A DNA stretch of 64,000 nt from Felis catus (lineage: Eukaryota), in contig NC_058368.1 in the NCBI RefSeq assembly GCF_018350175.1, positions 33,296,001 to 33,360,000 of the forward strand, in the 5' to 3' direction. The position numbers and the translations under genes were made by a program. Every line of letters starts with the position of its first letter. The first letter of the stretch is position 1. The notes below the pieces were generated by a model. It was not told where the DNA came from and ran no database searches. It saw nothing but the letters and a program-made list of their open reading frames with translations. This document shows positions 25,758 to 37,200 of the stretch, piece after piece.

Positions 25758-25847
25758 GTGGGATATATTGCCTTAAAAAAGGAGAAAAATCCTACCATTT
25801 GTGACAATATGGATAACCATGGAGGACCTTGTGCTGAGTGAAACACA
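25011..25847 (-). mobile_element. 5'-inverted L1 (L1MA9-like): 3' end antisense ~25011-25472, inverted piece ~25473-25847 containing (TG)n
   Basis: L1 motif orientation switches at ~25473. TSD AATTCTT(C/T)ATT at 25000-25010 and 25848-25858. Confidence 0.82.
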
Positions 25848-27162
25848 AATTCTTTATTACTTTAGTTAATATGTGCTATTTTATATATGTAACAGTGAAC
25901 AGGTTTCAGGCACAGTATTTTTTTTTAAGGACTCACGTAATTTTTCTTCATCTGCAATTCACTTCTTCAGTTTCCTGAGAATATTCAAGGAAGTCCCTAC
26001 GCTGAATCAGCACCTTGATTGGGTTAGAAGTTTTCAGCAATCTCTATCACTACTGGAATTCTCTAAAGTAATAAGTTGACTAGAGGAAATGTTTACCAAA
26101 TTTCTTGATCTAAAAGTGCATATTGCCGATAGCTGACGTAGAAGCTCAAAGAAACACATTCCACACAAAGACACATCCACCTAGCTAGAACCTCACAATA
26201 TAGTGAGGACTTAGCCAGAGTCAAGATGATTAATTCAGGTAGAAAAACAGATGCAAGTAAACTAGCAAATAAAAAAAAATCACTTTTCCCAAAGCTGGGC
26301 ATAATATCCCAAACAGACCTAATAGAGTCCTCAACCTGACCACCCCGGTCTGTTCCTGTTGATAAGCTACATGGAAAGCTAAACATTTATGATTTGGTTT
26401 GGTAATGATGAAATTTGGAAAAAAAAATATATATATATAGTTTTACATACATATTTATATATACATGGCATGTTTATATTTGCATTTATATATTCATATT
26501 TATATGTATAGTTAGTAATGCAGCTCAAAGGCATAACGTCAGGCTCTGAAAGCCCCGTGTACACATTCTGCCATAGGATTGTATTTGGCAGGCAATCCAG
26601 ATGATGGCATCAATCTGGCAGGCTACTTTCTCCCCCTACACAGGGCTTGGATGGATAAAGCCCTTCTGACTAATTTAATATTTCTGCATAGACTCTGTCC
26701 TTGAACATTACATTAACTTAAAATTTTATTTGCACCGTGTTCTTGATTTAGTTGACAGATTTGTGTTCTTAAAGGACAGTCCTTAGTACACCTTATACTT
26801 CAAAAAATAAAATGAACTTAAACTCTCCAACCTACTTGAATATGTTTATATTCTGATGTGATGTGGTGATTTGTGTCATTTAGCCTGTCTGCACTTTTAT
26901 GATATATTTCTAAAACAATCTGCACCCTGGGATGCTGCCATAAGTTGTACGTGTCATTTCCTTCACTTACATGAGGAAACAGCATCACTATTGATCATCA
27001 CTCAGTTTAAATAAGTATTTGAAATGTAACCCCTCCCCTGTGTGACAGTATGCAGTGTGGGTTCTTTAAAGGTGGGGCAGAAAGTACAATTGTTCAATTT
27101 ATGGAAGGATAATTACTGAAATATAGGAAGAGTCGATTGGAAGATCACAGGGACACCCATAC

Positions 27163-27205
27163 CTTGGCTGCTGAGGGCGCTTGAAGCTTTGACAATATCA
27201 CTGCT
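27163..27205 (-). other. Candidate 43-nt exon (host gene not identified)
   Basis: Minus strand reads ttctcttctactttgtag|AGCAGTGATATTGTCAAAGCTTCAAGCGCCCTCAGCAGCCAAG|gtatgg, in a repeat-free block; two frames open. Splice motifs only. Confidence 0.35.
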
Positions 27206-28384
27206 CTACAAAGTAGAAGAGAATATATTATTCAGGTCACTCAGTTTAATATGATAGACCAAATTGAGTACTTTCAATTTCAGACTTATTTACACTGACA
27301 AGATGATCTAAAATAGGGGATTACTGGTGTTTGAAGCCATGAAAATGGGTCCCCATTTTAAACCAGATAGCTTGTCCTAGCTGTTGTCCTAGCCTCCTCC
27401 TCAAGTTGGTTTTATTTAAGCAGTTTAACATTAATAAATGTATTTGACCAAGGGGCATATTTGAGGTTGATGTCAGCTCAGAAGAAGTCATTTCAATATC
27501 ACATGTTCGTGCCTGCTTTGAGCATTTATTTTAAATGGCTTGAAAAAGGAAGACCTACAAAATCTATGGCTAATCAAAAGCTATTGAGAAATTATAGATT
27601 GAGCCTGAGTCATCCATATCTAACTAGTTAAAAGAGAGATATATGGAATCCAAACAAAAATAGCTACCTGACTAACTAGAAGAGATAGATAGGTAGATAG
27701 ATGGACAGACAGATATTTGCATATGTACATATCTGTTTCTGAAATTTGCTTCTTACATATGTTCAGTTGGATAGTACAGTTTTTATGGCCCTGTTAGATA
27801 ATACTTTTTAACAAAGCTCCTTCATTTTTAAATAATTCAGATTTACAGAGTGATAATAAGTTTGAGAATTGGTTGCTATCAAAATTTTTGATGGGCATTT
27901 GTGTACTGGCTAGCAATTTGGTTTCCTAGAGAAAGAGCATAGATGTTAAAATCAGTACCCAAAACTGAAAAGTTATGAATATAATGGTAGTATGTAATTT
28001 TACTAATATAAAATTTAGAATTAATCAGGCTTGCTATGTTAAGAAAATGTTTCTTCCCTTATAGATTTTCTCAGGCATTCTTTCATTTCATTATAGAATT
28101 CTCCATTATATTTCACAATCATTCAAGAAATTTTGTTGTAAAGGTACATTTGTCTACAGTGCTGTAACTTTGTGTTTTGACGGAGTTAAAAAATAAATTA
28201 TTGGTGAAAGGATTATGGGTCATTCTCACCTAAGCCCTCATGCCATTCAATTTATTATTATTATTTGAATATGAAAGTATTTGAAAATTATTCTAGAATT
28301 GTAAAGCAGTACAACAGAATATCATGAGTTGCTTCTCTTATGCTAAACCCTTAGAAATTTTTTTGATCATCCATAAATCATGAT

Positions 28385-28600
28385 AATAAATGATATAAGT
28401 TTTTGAACATTCATTATTTCCCAAGAACCTTAAATACATTGTGCCTTATATTTCTCATATCAACCCTATGAACTTAATATATGCACTTTACAGATGAGAA
28501 AACTGAGACTCGAATCAACTTTCCAAAATTGCAGTTTGTAGGAGAGGGTACCAGGAATCAAATCTTTAACTCTTTGATTCAAAACACTGTATTCTCACCA
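28385..28600 (-). mobile_element. MIR
   Basis: MIR core 'ctttacagatgagaaaactgagactc'. Confidence 0.75.
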
Positions 28601-28660
28601 CCCCCACCCCCGATTCTCCTGTATTTTGGTTACTTAGTCTGAGTAGAACTTAAACAATTT

Positions 28661-28860
28661 TGGGTGCCTGGGTGGCTCAGTCAGTTGAGTGTCTGACTCT
28701 TGATTTCATGTCTTAGGGTCATGGTATTGAGCCCCACATCGGGTTCTGTGGTGAGCATGGAGACTGCTTAAGCTATTCTTTTTCTCTCCCTCCCTCCCTT
28801 TACCCCTCTCCTCCATCTGTGCACTCTTTCTCTTTCTAAAAAAAAAAAAAAAAAAAAAAG
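28661..28860 (+). mobile_element. CanSINE (older subfamily)
   Basis: Head GGGTGCCTGGGTGGCTCAG and poly(A). TSD TTA(A/T)ACAATTT. Confidence 0.93.
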
Positions 28861-29087
28861 GAATTATACAATTTAAAATGCTAACAATATCAGCTACAGA
28901 ACAAAGTCCATATAATGCACAACTATGTTCTTTCTGCTGACATATAGCATGAACTTGGTCCATACATGAAGATTCCTTGTTCCTCACACATGATGTATCA
29001 GTGCTCTCCTCACCTCTATCCCTGGAACTGATTGTATCTGGTTGTCAGCAAACATAGGTCAAGAGACTGTATAATGCATCCATTAAG

Positions 29088-29823
29088 TGTTGTAGACTCT
29101 GGGTCTGAAGTTCTCTCTTCTCCAGCAAGAAAGTGGGATGCAGAATTGAAAATGTGAGAGAGGCTAATGTCCGGCAGGAGACAAGAGCCCCAAGTAAGGG
29201 TCCTTGCTCTGTTTTTATTGGGATAAGAAGGCTTACAAGCATGATGGACATGCACAAAGAGACAATGAAACCAGGAACATTATCTAATGGGCATAGGGAA
29301 AAGGGGGTTTTAGAGATATGTAGTGGTAGGGGTTTGGGTCAATACACAGCCAGATTCTGGTGCTAGGTGGAAGGTTGTCTACAGCACATATGAGGTGCCA
29401 CCTCTGTTTTCCTGAACTGGTCTAGGGGACAAAAAAGACAGAGCATGCTACCTCAGGGTCAACAAGGCACGTTTTCTTTTGCTAATTAGCTCTGCTCTGA
29501 GCAACTTTGCCCAGCTGCATCTAGAGTTCTGTTTTTTTGTTTAACTATTTTGGTCCTTCCTTCCTGTGAAAGCAGCTTTCTGCTATTGTACTAAGTTGGG
29601 GGGCGTTTCTGCCCTAACTACTTAATCTTGTTTACCTCGTCTTGGCTGTTTTCATCCTGAGATTTCCTATTCCTATACCTTTGTCCTATACTGGGGGCCT
29701 TTGCCCCATTTACCTAATCTTGTTTACCCAAACTTGGGTGTGTACATCCTATGGCTTTCTGATTCTTTATGCTTTGTTAACCCACGGTGCAAGCTCAGGG
29801 AATCCCTAAGCTTATTCCTCACA
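29088..29823 (-). mobile_element. Solo ERV1-type LTR (carnivore/felid)
   Basis: TG...CA termini; AAGT on both flanks (left copy overlaps the terminal T). Internal direct repeat TAATCTTGTTTACC. Minus-strand ATAAAAA at ~29212-29218, ~26 nt upstream of GGGGCTC. Confidence 0.8.
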
Positions 29824-29890
29824 AAGTGACCATATAGTGCACCTACGAAGAACCTATTTTTTTTTTTTTTTGTAGTCACAATAAAATAGA

Positions 29891-30115
29891 CAGGTGGTTC
29901 TCAAGTGGAGCAGACATATGTCCCAAAGGACATTAGACAATGTCTGAAGATGTTTTCAGTTATTACAGCTTGGAAAAGTGTAGGGTTGCTACTTGCCTCT
30001 GGTAGATAGAGGTCAGGGATGCTGCTAAACATCCCACGTTTCTCAGGACAGTCTCCCCATCAGAGAAAATTATCAGGTCTAACATATCAATAGTTCCGAA
30101 GCTGAGAAACCTTTG
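29891..30115 (+). mobile_element. MER20 (hAT-Charlie non-autonomous DNA transposon)
   Basis: Termini 'gtggttctcaa'/'ctgagaaacc'; internal 'agaggtcagggatgctgctaaacatcc' is characteristic of MER20. Confidence 0.85.
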
Positions 30116-30391
30116 TGGATTCCAATATTGGATCTGCCTCTCTAGTCTTTCAAAGCTTCTCTGAGTCTTGGATTTATAATCTTTAAAGAATGATATATTG
30201 ATGTTTTCCATGATCATAAGGTAGATGGGAGGACTGAACTGGGTAATGTGTGTGACACACTTAATACAGTATCAGGAACAAGGCTTGTGGTACATAAATT
30301 GCTGCTATTAATATGGGCCAATAATCCCTGACATAGTTGGTGTATGGTCTCCAAAGTATTTTAATATCTCAATATAACTGAGAGTTAATTA

Positions 30392-30628
30392 ATTTTTTTA
30401 AATTTTTTAATGTTTATTTATTTATTTTGAGAGAGAGAGGGAGAGAATGAGCACAAGTAGAGCACAAGTAGGAGAGGAACAGAGAGAAGGAGAGAAAGAA
30501 TCCCAAGCAGGCTCCATGCTGCCAGTGTGGAGCCCAATGTGGTGCTCGAACCCACAAACCATTGAGATAATGACCTGAGCCGAAGTTGAGAATTGGGCGT
30601 TTAACCAACTAAGCCACCCAGGCGCCCC
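30392..30628 (-). mobile_element. CanSINE
   Basis: Antisense head 'gccacccaggcgcccc'. TSD AGA(GT/AT)(T/A)AATTAA. Confidence 0.95.
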
Positions 30629-31299
30629 AAGAATAAATTAAATATTTTTGAAATCAGGTCTTAAATAACTGTATCTGTAATTTCCCTATTAGCATAAATA
30701 ATAAATTGGTTTAATAATAATTCTAATTGTTTTTCAAAATATTAGTGTCTTTAATTTTTGAGAATATAAAAAATATGTAGAGGCTACATCTGATGATCTG
30801 GCCCAGTGATACTATGATAATGCTTATATTACAATAAAACAGTTTAATGTAAGCTTATATTTATATTGATGCTCATATTTATGCGTCAGTATACACAAGC
30901 AGTAAGTTACACATCTCTCTTAATTCCTCCTTCCATCTGAATCCTTCATTTTTAGTTAACACAAAAATGAATTTGATGAATTCTCTTCATGTACCTCCTA
31001 CCCTATTCCCAGAAGATGTGCCTATAAGGAGAACTAAATTAAAATCTGAAGTTGAAAATATCTGTTGTTTCCATATACATAAGTGTGTGTTTGTACATAT
31101 ATGTGCATATATGGGACATATATATGTATGTTTGCACATATGCATGTATATGGGGTGATGATGCTTCAATACTGACAATAGCAAAATTAAATCAGTAATT
31201 ATACTATTGTTATACATTTACATGTTTGAATATTTTAGAGATCTGATGTTTTAACTCTATATATCCCCTTAGACTTTGAATTTTCCTTTCTCCCTTCTT

Positions 31300-31600
31300 T
31301 CCTGCCTTCATCAATTCCACAAATGTGTATTGCTGCCTAAAAAGAATGGATTAGGTTTGTGATAGCACAGAGACACCGAGTTTAGCAATATAGAATTCTT
31401 GCTTTCAAAGAGTGTGCAGTCTAATATGTACTATGACAGATGAGGCAAATCTAGCCTATAAACTGGCAAAAATAACCATTATGACATGTGATAAATGAGG
31501 TATAAATTCTACCAAATTTCTAAGAAGTAATCGTGCGTATGAGGATAGGGAAACTTTTTCTATAAGGCTTGAAAGGTGAGGAGTGAAACCTAGAAGTGTT
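31300..31600 (-). mobile_element. Degraded L2
   Basis: 'ttcatcaattccacaaatgtgtattg...tcttgctttcaaagagtgtgcagtcta'. Confidence 0.5.
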
Positions 31601-31880
31601 AATTAGTTTAATCTTACTAATTTACAAAAGGCTAATCTTAGTGTTTTCTAAAGGATAAATCTGGCTTCCATAGAAACACGTTTGGTGTGTTAATAAAAAT
31701 AGGACTACATATTATCAACAGGAGAGATGTCATACCAAAAAAAAATGAGTTTGTCAAATATATAGAGTCTCGTAATATTAAATACAAAAAGAAATTGTGG
31801 AATAAGAATCCAAGACTACACAAGCGAACTCCCTCCTGGTTTAGATTTCCTATGCGATAATTAAAATTGGTGGGAGCACA

Positions 31881-32025
31881 GGGGCGCATGGGTGCCTCAG
31901 TCGGTTGCTCAGGTCATGATCTCCCAGTCTGTGAGTTCCAGCCCAGCGCCGGCTCTGTGCTGACAGCTCAGAGCCTGCAGCCTGCTTAGGATTCTGTGTC
32001 TCCCTCTCTCTCTGCCCCTCCCCCA

Positions 32026-32082
<57 letters not shown>

Positions 32083-32115
32083 AAAAATAGATAAACATTA
32101 AAAAATTTTTTTTTA
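31881..32115 (+). mobile_element. CanSINE with small internal deletion
   Basis: 18-bp TSD AAAATTGG(T/C)GGGAGCACA at 31863-31880 and 32116-32133. Confidence 0.96.
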
Positions 32116-33869
32116 AAAATTGGCGGGAGCACAAAGGATAATGTCGAACACATGCATATTCAGGCAGTTAGGAATGCAGTTAGACGAAAGCACAAGCTTA
32201 GGAAGCATTTTATAGCACTAACTCTGCAAACTCAGTAGAGGTGAGTGCCTTAAGGTCATTGCCAGGCTCCTAAGGCAGATCAGAGCCACTTGACTAGGCT
32301 CCTATATATTGTTACAAAGAAAAGAAAGTGAAAGGAAAAAATAAGAAAGTTGGAAAACACTCTGTGGTTGTAGCATTCCTTTTATGTAACCACATATTTC
32401 TCCTAATTTGTAGTAGGTTCTGGCCCTTAAAGTTTCTAAACTATGCTTTTTGCCTCTGTATCACTCTCCAATGAAATCATCGAATTTAATTTCTTCCCAG
32501 GGTATTCTGGCTGGGCTGGGGTCTATCATGAAACACATAAAGTAGAAATATTTGTTATGTGACTTGTTCTTTTTTCCTGTTAAGCCAGCTTTAATGGGCT
32601 TAAACAGAAACCAATGCCTGTACAAACATCCCCTGGGAGCAGCTGCACCTTTTCTTTCTTCCAACTGACTTTCTCTTGTTAGCTTCATGCATTTCTTTGT
32701 CTGGGTTCTCCTTTCATTTTTCTGTCACTTATTTTTGTGGGACTTTTTTTTTTTTTGCCTTTTCTATTTTTTTTTCTTTTTGTATGTCCATTTTGGTTTG
32801 TTCTTCGTGTGTACTGTTTCCTCCACTTTAAAAAAAAAAACATCTTAAAAAAACACTTTATTTGTTTATCTCATGCTTTTTTTCATTCTTGCTTTCCTTT
32901 TTCTCTTCTGATCCATTTTTTTCTATTCTTTTTCTATAACTTCCTCTCTCCTAATGATGCTTCCTCATTCTCTTTTCTCATTCTGCAATTTACTTTTTTT
33001 TTAATCTCCTCTACTTTCCTTTTTAAAAATATTCTCGAATGTTCTCCATGTTTGACAATTTCCTTACTCTTGTGTGTTTGTACTTCTATTGCTTTCTCCA
33101 CACTATTGTTTTCTCTTCTCGTTTAGTCTTGCCTGTTGCTCCTTGCTATCCACAAAGACAACAAAATGAACTATTAATATTTTCTTGCTTCATATTTCTT
33201 CACTTACACCATCCTATCATCGTAGCCACCATTACTCACTAGTTTCAACAGGATGGTCATGAGCTGGAAGGTTTCCTGGACCCAGATAAGTGATAGTTTA
33301 GTCCAGTGATTATAGATTACCCTGGTTGCTAAAAAATAATTTTTTTTTCTGTAAGATTAGGTTAAATTATGTAATTAATCATCTCAATACTCACAACTGG
33401 ATCAGAACATGCCATTTACAATATAGATACAAAATAAATTGGGATTGAGCCCATTAAAATATATTCTATGCCTGTTGTAGTTAGAGTTTTCTGTGGAAGT
33501 CTACATTTATGATTACTGTTTTTATTGTACCCAATTGCTTGAATGTGTTAAAACTTCATTTGGTCCCATACCATCTATGATGTAAGATTTACGCTTTTAT
33601 ATAAACAAATACTTATTGAAGAGAAAACCAAATAGTTTCATATAGATTTTTGATGTAGGACTTTATTCAGTGAGAAGCGGGTTAGCAGTAACATGTTGGA
33701 AAGAACATGGGATATGGAAAACTCAAATATGTTTGAGACACAGAATTAAGCTATTTGTTAATTACTAGGATAGATTTTCAAAGTTTATGCTTATAAAAAT
33801 TGCATGATATTTAGAAAGATTAAATCAAACCATAATGTAAAACATTGGACCTTCTAAAATGTAATGCAT

Positions 33870-34090
33870 GGGGGCACCTGGGTGGCTCAGTCGGTTAAGC
33901 GGCCGACTTCGGCTCAGATCATGATCTCTCAGTCTGTGAGTTTGAGCCCCACGTTGGGCTCTGTGCTGACAGCTCAGAGCCTGGAGCTTGTTTCAGATTT
34001 TGTGTCTCCCTCTCTGTGACCCTCCCCCGTTCATGCTCTGTTCTCTCTGTCTCAAAAATAAATAAACGTTTAAAAAAATTAAAAAAAAAT
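33870..34090 (+). mobile_element. CanSINE
   Basis: Full element. TSD TAAAATGTAATGCATG. Confidence 0.97.
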
Positions 34091-35083
34091 AAAATGTAAT
34101 GCATGAAGTCAATGATTATTAGTAGTCTAAGAAGGAAAATAGAAAACATTTGAAAATGTTTGCTGAAGATCCAGTTAGACATTATAACCTCCAGAATTAG
34201 AGACCTATCTTCATTCTGTGTGTTTTACAATGGAATTATTAAGAGGATTGTTATAAGGTTAGATATGCTTTGGAAATTTATATATTCACTTCATTTGTAT
34301 TTCATAAATAATCTCTAGCTGATAAAGTGGATGCTGTAGAAATCAAATAGCTTAAAGGACTTTAGCCAGATTGGTGAAAAATTCCATATTATTAAGTCTC
34401 ATGAGTATAAGAAAACATTGTGAAAATATGGCACAAATTGTAAAAACTTTATAAAAGCTATCAAACTTATTTTTTTTATGTTTTTAATCAGGAGTCAAGC
34501 TATCATGTTTAAAAAAAGTTTCTTGTAGTAAGAATATCTTGAAACTTGATCTTCAAATACCTGTTACATTTTGGCAGCTTATAAACAGTATATAATGGGC
34601 TCAAAATAATCCTACTGCACTATTTTACTTGCTTTCCTATTATTTTATTGGATATATTTTAGTTCATTTTCCAGTATAATAAAGCTGATTATCACTTATT
34701 CATAGGAAAAATGTTCATTAGGCCCTGAATGGTGCTTTGAACTCCACAGAGGAAACAAAAAAATTAGACTATACAATAGTGTCATAGTCCTTGAATCTCA
34801 GCCTTTTCCTCGGGTGTATAAGAAATATCAACTGTCCTTATTTTTCGCAAGTTAGGTATATTTTGGTGGTGAAATATCTTTTGGTTGGTTTGGGGAGAAA
34901 GTTTGAGCGGTACTGAAGCGGTACAAAGGCCTTGAATCTAAATGTTGCCAAGACACTAGATAAGGTCTTTAATATTTTCATCAGTTTGCGCTGGTTTATT
35001 GCCAAAATCACTACTATTCTTGGCTACAGAGTACCTTCAATTCTCGCATTCTGTTCCTTCCGTATCATTCTTGGCACATATTC

Positions 35084-35156
35084 TTTTTTTAAGGTTTTAT
35101 TTTAATTCCAGTTAGTTTACATACAGTGTTACATTAGTTTCAAATGTACAATAGCA
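35084..35156 (-). mobile_element. ~70-bp L1 3'-terminal stub
   Basis: T tract then 'ttaattccagttagtttacatacagtgttacattagtttca'. Flanked by TGGCAC..TATTC on both sides. Confidence 0.7.
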
Positions 35157-36099
35157 TGGCACCCACTATTCTCTACTAAGGCTTGGGATCCCCCTGTACA
35201 GGATTGACTTCTTTGTCACACCACACCAGGCCAGCTGCTACATCATTTCACTACCTTAGCTGAATGGAGCTTACCTTACACAGCTCACAGTCCCCTATGT
35301 TTACATTCCTCTCTCCTTAAGTCCCTAGGATGTGTTGTTTGTTTGTTCTGGTTAGTTCTGGTGAAAAGGAGTGCTGTCTTTTAATTTGTCCCTGAGAAGT
35401 TTGCAATCTAGTCTTTTACTCCAGGGTATCTAGTGTAATGTTCAAGAGGTTTGACTTGAATCTCTTGCACAAACCTCTTTTGAAGGAAGAGAGGACAAGA
35501 TCATGGGGAAAATCACAACGTCGTCACAAGTTCGGTCCCCTCACATATGCTTTCATTTGGGAACCAGACAACATGGCACGCTGCACTGGATATTAACATA
35601 ACAGAGAGACACATATTTCTAATCACTCCTCATAGACATTTTGGCAAGTTAGAACTTCTGGCATTATTTGTGAGGACATCTGGGAGCAGAGAGAGAACTG
35701 AAATAAAGTATGCCGGGCCTTGTTTGATTTATGTTTTCCATAGTTTTATGGAATAAGCTATTTTAAAGGTAATCTTGTATCTGTCTAGAGAAATTTAAAT
35801 TGATTTTTCACCCATCTTTATGATATATTATCATGGAAAAGTGATTTCTAAATATTCACAAAGATTGGATTTTTTTTTTTAAATTCGGGGCTCAAGGAGA
35901 TTCACAAGCCTTGGTGCCTACAAAGTAAGTGGCTGTATTTAAAGATGACAATATATTATTGTTTCCAGAAAACATACGTTCATATGTTCTCACATCAGAT
36001 ATTTTCAATCATTAGTCAGCTAGTTGGATCAAAAGACAACCTGGAAAATAAGCTAATCATTTATGTTGGTGTCTCTGAGCTTTCTGCTTTTTTAGTGAC

Positions 36100-37200
36100 A
36101 ACATTTCATTCATTAAATAAATACCTATGAGGTGTCCAATACACATAGGTTCCCAGCAAAATACAGTGAGGGACACAAAAATGACATAAACACCTTCCCT
36201 TTTAGGTTTGTGGTATAGAAGGGGAAATAAGGCATATGGGAATTTTAATGTCAGAAAATAGGCAATGTGCCATAGTAAGGGAAAGAAGGGACCTGTAGAG
36301 TCTAGAGGAGACCATTAACTTCTAATTTTCAGGACACTTTACGATTGTTTGCAGCAAAACCGCGTTTTCAATTTGGGTTTGAAATGAGTTAATTTCAAAA
36401 GACAGTAATGGGAAGAAGGGACAGTCCAAATACAGGGGAAACATAATGAGAAGTATGATTATGAAGGAATAAACAAGTCAATGTAGCCATTGTATCTGTT
36501 GTGGGAAATGGTGGAAGGGAAGCTTGGGAATATGAGCAGGAACTAAATGATGATAATCCCTAAACTAAGGAATACTTGTTTAGCTCTGAAACTGAAACTT
36601 TAAATATGTGTTGTTGTTTTATTTTGTTTTGCTTCATGAATGTGTAGGTGTGTGGGTGTCTGTGTTTAGGGGAGAAGGACATAGCACTAGAAAACATTAA
36701 GAACCAGCCCCTTCCCCAGATCTCCAAGTAACTTTATTACATTATATTATATTATATTATATTATATTATATTATATTATATTAAACGGTGCAACTGAGG
36801 AAAATACAATCATCACACAAAGACTCCACCAAAGTATATTTTTCAATATGTGATACATCCAAACACTCAAAAATATAAGGGCTGGTTTTGAGGAGGATAT
36901 TTAAGGGATAAAATCCTATTTATATAGATAAAATCCTCCTGTTTTTATAGATACGGGAGATCAATTAGAAGGCATCTGAGGTAGTCCACGTAAAAGATAA
37001 TATGGGATTGAAATAGCATCATAAACAACAATGTTGAAAGGGGTGTTTGCACTTGAGAGGTATGTGGAAAAATAAAAGAACAAGCAGATCAAATTATAAA
37101 TGGCAGGCTTTGGTGGCTGATTTAATATGGGGATAAAAGAGACAGGGTTATAACAGTTGACTCAGAGTTTATGAATTAATAGGTGATTAATAGTGATGTA
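36100..37200 (-). mobile_element. Degraded L2 pieces with (ATTAT)n at ~36740-36784
   Basis: 'ttcattcattaaataaatacctatgagg', 'ttagaaggcatctgaggtagtccacgtaaaagataat'. Confidence 0.55.

Noticed and set aside
32737..33126. 129-aa hydrophobic ORF
   Set aside because: By-product of the T-rich low-complexity tract.
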